From contig OZ024740.1 of assembly GCA_964016885.1 (NCBI GenBank), forward strand, positions 228,904,001 to 228,968,000: a stretch of DNA of 64,000 nt. The letters are read 5' to 3'. Both the position numbers and the translations under genes were made by a program. Position 1 is the stretch's first letter, and the number at the start of each line of letters is the position of its first letter. Below are positions 1 through 12,980 of this stretch, piece after piece. Below the pieces are notes generated by a model. The model did no database searches. It was not told the origin of the DNA and worked only from the letters and a program-made list of their open reading frames with translations. The DNA comes from Eledone cirrhosa (Eukaryota).

Positions 1-33
1 GAGTGGGAGGTGAAATTTCGTTTCGTTTTTTCC

Positions 34-77
<44 letters not shown>

Positions 78-390
78 AACATGGGGAGAAGAATACTGCA
101 TGGTTGCACATGGATTACATATTATATAATTAGTCCCTCATCAGTGATTTGCCAACCATCATTGGTATTTCATCGCATTATATATATATAGTAATAATAA
201 TAAATTTGAAGACTAAAATCCAAAGAGGCCACGATAAGGATAAATATATATCAAATATATAAGAACCGGAGAGCAAATATTTATTAAAATAACAGATTAA
301 AGTTTAAGCAAAGAATCGCTGCTTTCACCCTTAACGGGATCTTCTGTTAAGGGTGAAAACACGGATTTTTGCTTAAACTTTAATCTGTTA

Positions 391-449
<59 letters not shown>

Positions 450-571
450 GTATATAACGAAGGAGTTGTGGTAAGGAACCAGATAGACCATAACGCACCA
501 GAGTACTCAATACTTAGTCCAGAAATAGCCGTCGAAACGGCTTGAGCTCTGCCGTCGGGGTCATACATTTT

Positions 572-2760
572 CCTATATATATATATATATGTGTGTGTCT
601 GTGTGTGTGTGTGTGTGTGTGTGTATATGCATTTCTGTATGTGTGTACGTATGTATATGAATGCGTATGCACGGTGCGTGTGTCTATGTGTATGCGTGTG
701 CATGTGTGTGTGTTTGTGTGTGTAAATGTGAGTGTGTGTGCATATGTGTGTCAATGTGCATGTGTATGTGCTTGTACAAACACACACATAGTCCTCCACA
801 CACACACATACATACACATACATACACACACATACATACACAAATATATACACAAATACATACTCACACAGACACATACACATAATACCCTCACACACTC
901 ACATACATATACACACACAAACATACACACACATGTATAAACAAATACATACATACACACACATACACATACATACATACATACATACATATACATACAT
1001 ACATAAACACACACACATACATACACATACATACACATACATACACAAATACATACATACACACACATACACATACATACATACATACATACATACACAT
1101 ACATACATAAACACACACATACATACACATACATACACATACATACACATACATACACAAATACATACACACACATACACACATACATAAACACATACAC
1201 ACATACATACATACACATACATACACACATACACACAGACATACACACATACTCACATACACATACACACTTGTTCTATCCCTCATTTAATATACACGTG
1301 CGTGCACGCGTGTGTGTTGCGCGTGCGCGTTTGTATTGTGTGCATGTATGTGTTGTGTGTGCATAAGTGTATGTATGTATGTGTATGTATGTGTGTGTAT
1401 GTGTATATAAGTGTGTGTATAAGTGTATGTATGTATGTGTATGCATGTGTGTGTATACGTGTGTATAAGTATGTGTATGTATGTCTATGTATGTGTATGA
1501 GGTGTGTGTGTATAAGTGTGTGTATGTATGTGTATGTGTGTGTGTATGTGTGTGTATAAGTGTGTGTATGTATGTGTATGTATGTGTATGTATGTGTATG
1601 TATGTGTGTGTATGTATGTGTATGTGTATGTATGTGTGTGTATGTGTATGTGTATGTATGTGTGTGTATGTGTGTGCGCAGGCGTAAAATCTTATTGTTA
1701 ACTTATTTCCAAAAAGGTCCAGCTGTTGCATATTGACTTCTTTCACATACACATACACACCTACTCACACGTATACACACACATATACAAACACACACGT
1801 ACACACACATTCATATACACTTATTCATACAAACACACACACATGCGCAGACACTGATTCACACACATACACATACACACATACACATACACACATACGT
1901 ACACGTATACACGCACGCATATTCGTGTACACTTATTCATATACAAACACACATACATATATATACACACATATACATATATATACACACATACATATAT
2001 ATACACACATATACATATATATACACACATACATATATATATATACACATACATATATATACACACATACATATATATACACACACATACATATATATAT
2101 ATATACACATATATACATATATATACACACATACATATAATCACACACATACATATATATACACACATATATATACACACATACATATATATACACACAT
2201 ATACATATATATACACACATACATATATATACACACATACATATATATACACACACATACATATATATACACATATATACATATATATACACATATATAC
2301 ATATATATACACACATACATATATATACACACACATACATATATATATATATACACATATATACATATATATACACACATACATATAATCACACACATAC
2401 ATATATATACACACATATACATATATATACACACATACATATATATACACACATACATATATATACACACATACATATATATACACACACATACATATAT
2501 ATACACATATATACATATATATACACATATATACATATATATACACACATACATATATATACACACACATACATATATATATACACTCATATACATATAT
2601 ATACACACATACATATACATACACATATACATATATATACACACATACATATATATATACACACATATACATATATACACACATACATATATATACACAC
2701 ATATACATATATACACACATACATATATATACACACATACGCGTATAAACTTACTCATAT
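572..2760. repeat. Compound (TA)n/(TG)n/(CA)n/(CATA)n microsatellite field
   Basis: Di- and tetranucleotide arrays directly visible; the overlapping ORFs translate as YI/CV/HT repeats. Confidence 0.95.
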
Positions 2761-2879
2761 ATAAAGGATAAATGATAAAGATCCCATAACTCTTTGTGTT
2801 TAGGGGCCTTTAAATCCTGGCGGAACCCGACCCCCTCTAGGGTGAACACAGCCGATTTTTTCTATAGAGGAAGAATCTA

Positions 2880-3310
2880 CCCCAGTATTTGACTGGTACT
2901 TTTTATCGACCTCAAGTGGATGAAAGGGAAAGTTGATCTCAGCGGGATTTGAACTCAGAGCTCACAATGAGGTGGGACGAATATCGTAAAGCAGGCATGT
3001 CAGACTGAGGGTCCCCCGAGGGCCACATGGGTCACATATGTGTTGTCTGAGGGCCACACACGACAAATAATTGCGCACATTACAACTAATATTTTAAAAT
3101 TTTATATTAAGATAAAACATACTCGTTCTGTAAAAACCTTTGTGCGAGCCACATGCGTGCTTGAAAAGGGCCACAGGCGTGCTTGTAAAGGGCCACAGGC
3201 GTGCTTGTAAAGGGCCGCAGGTGTGCTTGCAAAGGCCGCATGTGGCCAGCGGGACGCATGTTTGACATGCGTGCTGTAAAGCATTCTATCCGACGTCTTA
3301 ATGACTCTAA
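2880..3310 (-). mobile_element. tRNA-derived SINE (octopus-type), interrupted by a MITE
   Basis: GGGATTTGAACTC (reverse B-box) and ACTGGTACTTTTTATCGACC tail shared with many other copies; the SINE resumes after 3281. Confidence 0.7.
2992..3273. mobile_element. hAT-type MITE
   Basis: Imperfect TIRs CAGGCATGTCAGAC...GTTTGACATGCGTG; 8-bp flanks TCGTAAAG / CTGTAAAG (6/8 match); internal GGGCCACAGGCGTGCTTGTAAA repeats; partial second copy at 43502-43661. Confidence 0.7.
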
Positions 3311-3656
3311 TACATACACATATACTGACACACACACACACACACACACACACCCATACACACATTTGCTGCATCCTACACGATTACAGTGGACAGGTAT
3401 GTATATATTATACACGTAATATGGAGACATATATAGCTACGTAGTTATGATGTTCGCTTGGCTATCAGGAGGTCTAGGGTTCGATCCCACAACGTAGCTT
3501 CTTGTGCATAATCTTTTTTATAGCATCCCCCAACACTTATGAATGAAATTGCGTAGACGGAAACTATGCAAACCTATTAAATGAGTTGTTCCTATAAAAT
3601 CCTATGTATGTATGTATGTATGTATGTATATACTCACACACACACACACACACACT

Positions 3657-3707
<51 letters not shown>

Positions 3708-3901
3708 ATATTAAATAAATGGAAACTATATTTATAAAACCATATTTATTCTATTTTCTATATTTCAAAGGTTTTTCACTGGTCACTTTACTGTGAGTGG
3801 CCAGCTATTCTGTATGTAAACACACAGACAAACCGGTTTTTAGAGTCATACTGGTTTTTGAGGAAACACCTTTCCTCTATTCTCCAGAAAGCCAGACAAG
3901 G

Positions 3902-3946
3902 AATATTGGACTAGTTTCGATGTTGTTACATCTCATCAGCAATATT
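3902..3946 (-). ncRNA. Type I hammerhead ribozyme motif (family A)
   Basis: Reverse complement reads AATATTG CTGATGA GATGT aaca ACATC GAA ACTAGT C CAATATT: 7-bp stem I, 5-bp stem II, palindromic stem III, GUC site. Confidence 0.9.
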
Positions 3947-4217
3947 TACCTATCTTCCGGCTTCTCTAGAGAATCGTGAAAGCACATATCGTGAAAGCAC
4001 ATATTTTTAACTTAATTGTTTAAGCGTCAGTCATACAAAAGTGAGTTACAAACGAAACGAAATTTAATTTCGTTTCGTTATTTGTTTTTATCGTCTCCGT
4101 TGAACCGGTACTTACTCACACTCTATGCAAATTAGTCTGCCCACTACTAATTTTCATAGAAAAAGCATATAACGATATGTGCTTTTACGATTCTCTAGAG
4201 AGGCCGGAAGATAGGTA

Positions 4218-4262
4218 AATATTGCTGATGAGTTGTAACAACAACGAAACTAGTTCAATATT
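4218..4262 (+). ncRNA. Type I hammerhead ribozyme motif (family A)
   Basis: AATATTG CTGATGA GTTGT aaca ACAAC GAA ACTAGT T CAATATT; GUU site. Confidence 0.88.
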
Positions 4263-4684
4263 CCTTGTCTGGCTTTCTGGAGAATAGAGGAAAGGTGTTT
4301 CCTCAAAAACCAGTATGACTCTAAAAACCGGTTTGTCTGTGTGTTTACATACAGAATAGCTGGCCACTCACAGTAAAGTGACCAGTGAAAAAACTTGGTA
4401 CATCTACATATGTATACGTGTGTGTATTCATATACATACTAGTATTTCAGTATACATATATGGATGTACATCTTTAACTTAATTGTTTAAGCGTCAGTCA
4501 TACAAAAGTGAGTTACAAACGAAACGAAATTTAATTTCGTTTCGTTATTTGTTTTTATCGTCTCCGTTGAACCGGTACTTACTCACACTCTATGCAAATT
4601 AGTCTGCCCACTACTAATTTTCATAGAAAAAGCATATAACGATATGTGCTTTTACGATTCTCTAGAGAGGCCGGAAGATAGGTA

Positions 4685-4729
4685 AATATTGCTGATGAGT
4701 TGTAACAACAACGAAACTAGTTCAATATT
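4685..4729 (+). ncRNA. Type I hammerhead ribozyme motif (family A)
   Basis: Same as 4218-4262, exactly 467 bp downstream. Confidence 0.88.
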
Positions 4730-4971
4730 CCTTGTCTGGCTTTCTGGAGAATAGAGGAAAGGTGTTTCCTCAAAAACCAGTATGACTCTAAAAACCGGTT
4801 TGTCTGTGTGTTTACATACAGAATAGCTGGCCACTCACAGTAAAGTGACCAGTGAAAAAACTTGGTACATCTACATATGTATACGTGTGTGTATTCATAT
4901 ACATACTAGTATTTCAGTATACATATATGGATGTACATCTTTAACTTAATTATATATATATATATTATATA

Positions 4972-5110
<139 letters not shown>

Positions 5111-5184
5111 TGAGAGAAAGATACAGAGAGGGAGTGAGAGAGAACGAGAGAGAGAGAGGGAGGGAGAGAGAGATAGAGAGAGAG

Positions 5185-5282
<98 letters not shown>

Positions 5283-5512
5283 TTAGAAGCTGAGACCGTG
5301 TATACAACAAATCAGGAGAGTACTTTATGCATGGGAAGAAGCAGAGTGCGTACAGAGGCCAAAAAAGCATGGCGGCGTGGTTGGGATTTTACCCCCCTCT
5401 CTTTCTCTCTCTTTCTCTCTCTTTCTCTGTCACTCACTCTATCTCTATCTACTCTATCCTTCCTCTGTCTCTCTCTCTCTCTTCTATCTCTTCCCCCCTC
5501 TCTCTTCTCTCT

Positions 5513-5546
<34 letters not shown>

Positions 5547-5631
5547 GTGTACCCACAAGTCTAATGACCTATTGATTCCAGAGTCGTCGCCGATCACTAC
5601 AAATCGTACCTTCTTCTTCTTCTTCTTCTTC

Positions 5632-5739
<108 letters not shown>

Positions 5740-5745
5740 TTTTTC

Positions 5746-5776
<31 letters not shown>

Positions 5777-5778
<2 letters not shown>

Positions 5779-6446
5779 CGAAAAGAATTTTTGTCAGGAC
5801 AAGGTACACAACACCCAGAACAACAGATGGCTTGCCCACAATCCATATGACATTCCTCGTGTCATGAAGACCAAGTCTCCAGTGAGGGTGACGTCATGCC
5901 ACCTCACATCTTTGAACAGGATATCAGGCTCAATTCGGCTGGCTATATGGAGTTGCTGATTACTGTGGTTAAGCCTTGGTTGGAGAGGGTGGCTGCTGGA
6001 AGACTATATGTGTGGCAGCAAGACTCAGCTTAATGCCACACCACTGGGTAGACACAAAAGTGGTTGTCAGAGAATTTTTATGATTCATCAGTCCCAACTT
6101 TTGGCCCCCTAACTCCTTTCATTGCAATCCTATAGATTATTATAAGTGGGGCACATTTGAGAAAGACACAATCCACACTGCCTGTAACACCAACATCCAG
6201 TTGATCAACAAGACTAAGGAGGCGTTTGAGACTCTCCCTAGAGATACCGTCAAGGCCGCATGTGCTAAATTCCGGAGCCGGATACTGGCCGTGGTGAATG
6301 GAGAAAATAGCTTCTTTGAGTGAATTTTCTATTTTGATTGTTTTGATGTTTATGCCACTTTCTATTTTTCCAATAAATTTACTTTTGACTGAGATATTGA
6401 CTTTTTTTACCTTTAAAAAAAAACTGTCAAATTTAGCCCGAATACC

Positions 6447-6449
<3 letters not shown>
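5777..6449 (+). pseudogene. Tc1/mariner-superfamily DD37D (maT-like) transposase relic with right TIR
   Basis: Hand translation: DEKNFCQD..NNRWLA..GDVMPPHIF..YVWQQDSA*CH..WPPNSFHCNPIDYYKWG; 37 residues between the 2nd and 3rd D after correcting one frameshift; stops present; ends ...AATACCCTG followed by TA. Confidence 0.85.
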
Positions 6450-6518
<69 letters not shown>

Positions 6519-6627
6519 AAGTTCAGTAGAATCGAAGGTCTGGCTGCACACATATGTAAATATACATATGTATATAGTGAAAGAGTGAAGAATAACATGG
6601 TCAACAGTACAAGAAGGGTTTTATTTA

Positions 6628-6731
6628 CAGTATTAACAATTGTTTCATTGGTTAAGTTGTCTTAAAATTGCTAATCACGTGTCACTCAATTTTAAATACG
6701 ATGTATGCTTAACCAAATCATCAGATAACTG
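6628..6731 (-). ncRNA. Hammerhead ribozyme motif with extended stem II (family C)
   Basis: Reverse complement: CAGTTAT CTGATGA T TTGGTTAAG...CTTAACCAA T GAA ACAATTGT T AATACTG; 9-bp stem II plus inner TTAAAATTG/CAATTTTAA helix. Confidence 0.7.
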
Positions 6732-6757
6732 AAAAATGTTTATACACAGCGTTTACA

Positions 6758-6816
<59 letters not shown>

Positions 6817-6864
6817 ATTCTCTCTCACCCTCTCTATCTATCTATCTATCTATCTATTTATCTA

Positions 6865-6942
<78 letters not shown>

Positions 6943-6953
6943 TAAGTGACAAA

Positions 6954-7003
6954 ACAGGTACTCAAGTTTCGTTGGGTTCTGGGCCCCAACTCATTCAGTC
7001 TGT
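6954..7003 (-). ncRNA. Hammerhead ribozyme motif (family B, inverted copy)
   Basis: Reverse complement: ACAGA CTGAATGA GTTGGG gcccagaa CCCAAC GAA ACTTGAGT A CCTGT; A.C mismatch at the first stem I pair. Confidence 0.65.
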
Positions 7004-7050
7004 CATGAGAAAAATAAAAACAAAGATGGCCTGTTTTTCTTTTTCTTATG

Positions 7051-7100
7051 ACAGGCTGAATGAGTTGGGGCCCAGATCCCAACGAAACTTGAGTACCTGT
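7051..7100 (+). ncRNA. Hammerhead ribozyme motif with a 1-nt core insertion (family B)
   Basis: ACAGG CTGAATGA GTTGGG gcccagat CCCAAC GAA ACTTGAGT A CCTGT; 5-bp stem I, 6-bp stem II, GUA site. Confidence 0.8.
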
Positions 7101-7190
7101 TTATATCACTGTTGTAATTATTTATACTAAACTCGTTGTATGGATTGAGTGCTCTTACTCTTGGATATTTCCACTTAAATGTTACTTCAG

Positions 7191-7356
<166 letters not shown>

Positions 7357-7547
7357 AGAGTGGGATTCAACCAGTGCATTAGTGCGCGGGTCGAAGAACT
7401 AAGGAAGAGCTGTTGAATGTCTGGCACTCCCCCTAAATAGAAAACAATAAAGAAAGCTTCTAGCCCACTTGCATTTTTAGAGGTTTAGTTCCGTCATATG
7501 TGTATGTGCTTGTGTCTGTGTAGAGCTGTACGAAAGATTATTATATG

Positions 7548-7587
<40 letters not shown>

Positions 7588-7698
7588 TGTGTCCATCTCA
7601 ACGGTCATTAACCTTTAGAGTTCTGTCTTTCGTTTGTATTTTTATTTTCTAAAAATAATTTTAAAAGATTTTCCTTATTAAAAAATTGTTTATCGTTT

Positions 7699-7765
<67 letters not shown>

Positions 7766-7938
7766 AGAAAGTATGACCTCGACGGCAGAGCTCAAGCCGT
7801 TTCGATGGCTATTTCTGGTCGAAACGGCTTGAGCTCTGCGTCGGGGTCATACTTTCTCCTATTACCCACTCTACTACCCTAAGTGTTGAGTACTCTGGTG
7901 CGTTATGGTCCATCTGGTTCCTTAGCACAACCCCTTTG

Positions 7939-8098
<160 letters not shown>

Positions 8099-8099
8099 G

Positions 8100-8203
<104 letters not shown>

Positions 8204-8423
8204 CGTTTCTGAATTTGTTTAGCAAGATTCTTTATCTGAAATCGTGTGTTGAAAGCGTTATTGTTATACTTTGGGAGGGTCATGTTGCCAATAAGAAACA
8301 CACGCACCAGTTGCTTTCACTTCAATTTATTATAATAAATTTATAAATTTAGGAATAAATCTATAAATTTCTGGTTGGTTGGTTGGTTGGCTGGTTGCAC
8401 AACCAGATAGTTGTTTATATATT

Positions 8424-8466
8424 GTCAAAGTTCTTTCGTCACACATTCTGTGACCTCTTCAGTGAC
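8424..8466 (-). ncRNA. Hammerhead ribozyme motif in the inverted terminal repeat of PLE1 (family D)
   Basis: Reverse complement of 11469-11511. Confidence 0.75.
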
Positions 8467-8778
8467 TGGGGATTCTTTTCTTTGTTTTTGTGCCTCTCCT
8501 TTGTTCTGTCCTACGCCATTTTGTTTCAGTGTGTGTGTTGTGTGCTTAGTCTGCGCATGCGCCACATCCGGGTGTCTGTGTGTGTTTATGTTCATTTATT
8601 TATTTGTTTATTTACATGTTACTGGCTGGTTGTTTGTTCTATGTGTGTGTGTGTTTTCATTTTGTCCTTAATTGTAAGTTGTGATGTTGCTGTTCCACTC
8701 ATATTTTCTATTTAATTTTGGTTATAATTCTTTTATGTTTATTGCCTCTGTGATTTGTCTAAACATTGCGTCTTTTCT

Positions 8779-11267
8779 ATAATTATGAGAGACATAGAAA
8801 CAACCATGAGGCTGTTGGTAGAAATAGAAATAGAAACAACACAACTAACAATAACAATAGCACTAGTACACATAAAGCAGCCTGGAACTCTACTTTTTAT
8901 AATCCCTCCGATAAGTCGTTCGACCTGCGACGAGTCCACGCCACGACTTTACCATTTAACAAACGCACGCAATTGCCGTCGCAGGTCGATGAACAAACAG
9001 AAGCACAATTTAGTATAGCTAGATCCGAACTTAGAAATATTATAGAACAGTATAGCAAGAAGCATAATAGAATGGAGGTCCAGCAACTGGGAGAAAAATC
9101 TGCAAATGGCTTGCGTAAGCTCATGCAGCGCTCGCGTAATGGAGAGATAGCATGCTTTCCAACAGACAAGTCTGGCAGAATGTCGGTTGACAGCCTGCCA
9201 AACTACATCCAGGCAATGCAACCCCACATCACTAACACAAGAGAGGTAACACCACAGGAGCATGAGGATAGAGAAAAAGCCCTCAATGCCCATATGGTGA
9301 TGTGGACGAATATAATGCAGCCCAAAAAAAGGACTGCCAACAACTTCCAGGCCTGGAACAATGACGTGCCGGCGTTGTATGGGCTTCGAAAAGACCATAA
9401 AACGGGCAGTGACCCTGTCACGGGACCACCAACACGGCCAGTCTATGGAGCTAACATTGCTAGTAACTACAGACTGTCCTACTTCCTCTCCCTGATCATA
9501 CGCCCCATCATTGAAATGTCCCCAGATGTATGTGACATCACGGAGGACCTCCTCAGCAGAATCGGCGAGAGTAACCGATCTAGAGACCTAACAAACTGCA
9601 TAATAGGTAGTATGGATGTTGTGTCCCTGTATCCATCTATTGACGTGGATTTTGCTGTGGAGAAATGCGTAGAAATGATCAGTGAGAGCAATGTTGAGTT
9701 CCGTGGGATTGATACCAGTGAGCTGGGACTCCTAATTAAACTTACCTATAGTAATAATTACCTAGACACATATGACCTTAGCAACCTGTGCCCTACAAGA
9801 CCAGCAAGAGGCAGACCACCTACCATTACCTCAATGGCCAAGAAAACCCACACAGATAGATGGAACGGGTGGACCAGAGCCATACGGACACCCGAAAACC
9901 ACGATGAACTGAAGAAAATGATTGCACATGCGGTAGGGGCCAGCATAAAACTAACCCTTAAGGAACATATGTTCAAATTTAATGGAAAAACATATGCCCA
10001 AGAGGAAGGAGCAGCCATTGGTGTTAGCATTGCAGGCGACATAGCTAACTTATTCATGGTATGGTGGGACAGTAGACTTAAGCTTAAACTTAAAGAACAA
10101 TTAGAAGACCCCTTAACCCTGATAATGTACTCCCGCTACGTTGATGATATAAACATCGTAGTTAAGACACCCCCACTAGAGAACAGTCAGGAAATAGAGA
10201 AAAACACAATGGAAAGCACCCAGCAAATAGCTAACTCCATCCACCAGAGTATTAGAGTTACTATAGACTACCCAAGTAAACACACCAACCAGCGATTACC
10301 TGTACTAGACACAGAGCTCTGGTTAGATACCATTAATAACAAAAAACAAATCCTCCATTCCCATTATGCCAAACCCATGACTTCCAAACATCTGATCCAC
10401 CGAAACTCGGTTGTTTCGGACCATACCAAAATCAACATACTGATTGCGGATTTGGTACGGGTGATGAGAAACGTGTCCCGCATGTGCAACCCCGAAGAAC
10501 TAGAGAGACACACATACAACACTTCATCCACCGTATGCAGTTCTCTGGTTACAATCAGAGAGACAAAATCAGAGTGTATAGAGGAGCCAGAACCAAATGG
10601 GAAAAAATGGTAAATAACGACATAAATGGGACCTGCCCCTTGTATAGGAGCAAATTTGGGAATAGAATAGAAAGAACTAGGAATAAGGCTAATAGAATAA
10701 ACTCATGGTATGATAGCAATAAATACCAGAGTGTAATGTTCATCGATACAACCCCTAGAGGTGAATTAGCTTACAAATTTAGAAGGGCCCTAGATAAACA
10801 TAAACTCAATATTAAGATAGTAGAAAGACCAGTACCTCCGTAAAAACACTTATTAGCAAGACATACCCTTTTCAAAGACCCCCATGTATAGATAAGAAAT
10901 GTATAACCTGTAAAATAAGCCCCCATATTAACTGTAAAACTAGAAATGTAGTGTATAGCATAAGATGTACTGAAGGACAATGTAGAGACAAAAATATAGT
11001 ATACATAGGTGAGACAGCTCGTAGTGTAGGGGAACGGATAAATGAACACTGGCGAGACCTTCAAGATAGTAAAGTATCATCTGTACTCTACCAACATGCT
11101 AAAATAGAACACAAGAGTAAATTAGAGAACATAGAAATAAAAATAGAATCTACACACAGAAAAGACGCAATGTTTAGAAAATCACAGAGGCAATAAACAT
11201 AAAAGAATTACAACCAAAATTAAATAGAAAATATGAGTGGAACAGCAACATCACAACTTACAATTAA
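8779..11267 (+). pseudogene. PLE reverse transcriptase + GIY-YIG endonuclease, frameshifted (tentatively Nematis-like)
   Basis: PTDKSG, YGLRKDHK, SMDVVSLYPSI, GAAIG, WWD, RYVDD, LPVLD, MQFSGY, CPLYR, Cys-rich linker, VYSIRC..C..VYIGETARSVGERINEH; frameshifts near 10510, 10832 and 11178. Confidence 0.9.
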
Positions 11268-11468
11268 GGACAAAATGAAAACACACACACACATAGAACA
11301 AACAACCAACCAGTAACATGTAAATAAACAAATAAATAAATGAACATAAACACACACAGACACCCGGGTGTGGCGCATGCGCAGACTAAGCACACAACAC
11401 ACACACAGAAACAAAATGGCGTAGGACAGAACAAAGGAGAGGCACAAAAACAAAGAAAAGAATCCCCA

Positions 11469-11511
11469 GTCACTGAAGAGGTCACAGAATGTGTGACGAA
11501 AGAACTTTGAC
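11469..11511 (+). ncRNA. Hammerhead ribozyme motif in the 3' terminal repeat of PLE1 (family D)
   Basis: GTCA CTGAAGA G GTCACA gaatg TGTGAC GAA AGAACT T TGAC; same strand as the ORF. Confidence 0.78.
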
Positions 11512-12173
11512 AATATATAAACAACTATCTGGTTGTGCAACCAACCAACCAACCAACCAGAAATTTATAGATTTATTCCTAAATTTATAAATTTATTATA
11601 ATAAATTGAAGTGAAAGCAACTGGTGCGTGTGTTTCTTATTGGCAACATGACCCTCCCAAAGTATAACAATATATATATATATATATATATATATGAAGC
11701 AACCCACCGTCTATGACGTGCTTCATTAGCCCACCTTGGTGTCATTTTTTTTCTTTTCCGTATCATTCAAATAATATTTGTAGTAAATACATCTTATCTC
11801 TGATTGCTCTCAATAATGTGATAGTATTTCAGGTTTCTGTCGACTATTTATAACCTATACGTAAGACATTCCTCTTCGTAGAATTATATTATATCTATTT
11901 ATTTCGATTTTCTAGCCTTTATTATATTTTCATAATATTTTTTGTCATATTTTCTTACTTCCGTTTTCCTCATCTGGCGTTACTTTTATGTTTATAGCTG
12001 TCGGATGAAGCAACTGATAGATGCTTGTAATATAACAAACAGTGTGTTATGACGAAGAACGAACAATCACAGACAAAACAAACACACATACACTCTCTTA
12101 CACACACACACATACACACACATGTATATCATATGTCATCATATATATAAATATATTTATATATATGTACATG

Positions 12174-12229
<56 letters not shown>

Positions 12230-12792
12230 CATAGATACTTACATACACATATACATACATACACATATATATATATATATCTATATATATATATATATAT
12301 ATACATATATGTATATCTGTCTGTTATATATATATATACATACTTACATACAAACATACATATATATATGTATGTGTATATGTATGTATATATGTACATA
12401 AATATATGTGTATGTATATAAATATATAAATATATACATACATACATGCTTACATACATACATACACCCACACATACACACATACACACATACACACATA
12501 CACATACATATATATATATGACAGTAATTTGTTGTAGTAAATCGATACACAGATGAAATGTCTCAATATATTTTCGATATTGAATTACAAAGTAGGAAGC
12601 TATAAGTAGATATATAGGTGGATAGTACTTGGTAAGACTGTAATGTGAAGATCGATATTATAATAAATCAAAGACGTGATGTAGATACTATCGTATCTGA
12701 GGTCATTAAACAGTAAAATGGTGTTTAAGTGTAAACATTGTATCCCATCATAATAAGATCAACTGACTTTGTAATATTATATAGTTTATAAC

Positions 12793-12980
12793 GGGCGGTG
12801 GATTGGCAGTATCGGTAGAAGGTCGGACGCCATGCTTTCCAGCATAGTTACGTCCCTTTACGATCTGAGTTCAAATCCCGCCGAGGTTGATTTGCCATTC
12901 ATCCTTACGGGGTCGATAAAATAAAGTACCAGTAATGCACTGGATAATTACTGGCCTTGTGCCTAAAGTAGAAACAATTA
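12793..12980 (+). mobile_element. tRNA-derived SINE (octopus-type)
   Basis: TGGCAGTATCGG A-box-like, GAGTTCAAATCCCGCC B-box, GGGGTCGATAAAATAAAGTACCAGT tail; related copies at ~13215, 14870, 15170, 15620, 17345, 43680. Confidence 0.85.

Larger units (their letters stand above)
3771..4951 (+). mobile_element. Non-autonomous hammerhead-bearing tandem element (retrozyme/PLE-terminus-like): two 467-bp units plus a 5' inverted partial copy
   Basis: Units ~4006-4472 and ~4473-4939 appear identical by eye; 3771-3991 is an inverted copy of ~4173-4394; sits between (TA)n tracts. Confidence 0.8.

Noticed and set aside
130-150. Minus-strand CTGATGA
   Set aside because: No GAAA partner at a suitable distance
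380-2758. Many 60-300 aa ORFs (YI, CV, HT, LS repeats) here and across the window
   Set aside because: Translations of microsatellites, open in several frames, with no domain content
3797-4834. Three near-identical 60-aa ORFs (MASYSVCKH...)
   Set aside because: They start at GTG, lie antisense to the hammerhead, and recur only because of the repeat; the conserved signal is RNA structure
8230-8262. CTGAAAT/CTGAAAA..GAAACCGATA motif at PLE1-family ends (also 29010, 37165, 62586)
   Set aside because: C3.A8 mismatch, weak stems and antisense to the ORF; the convincing PLE1 ribozyme is family D
12793-12880. tRNA gene (A/B boxes present)
   Set aside because: No cloverleaf, and it continues into a shared SINE body found in many copies
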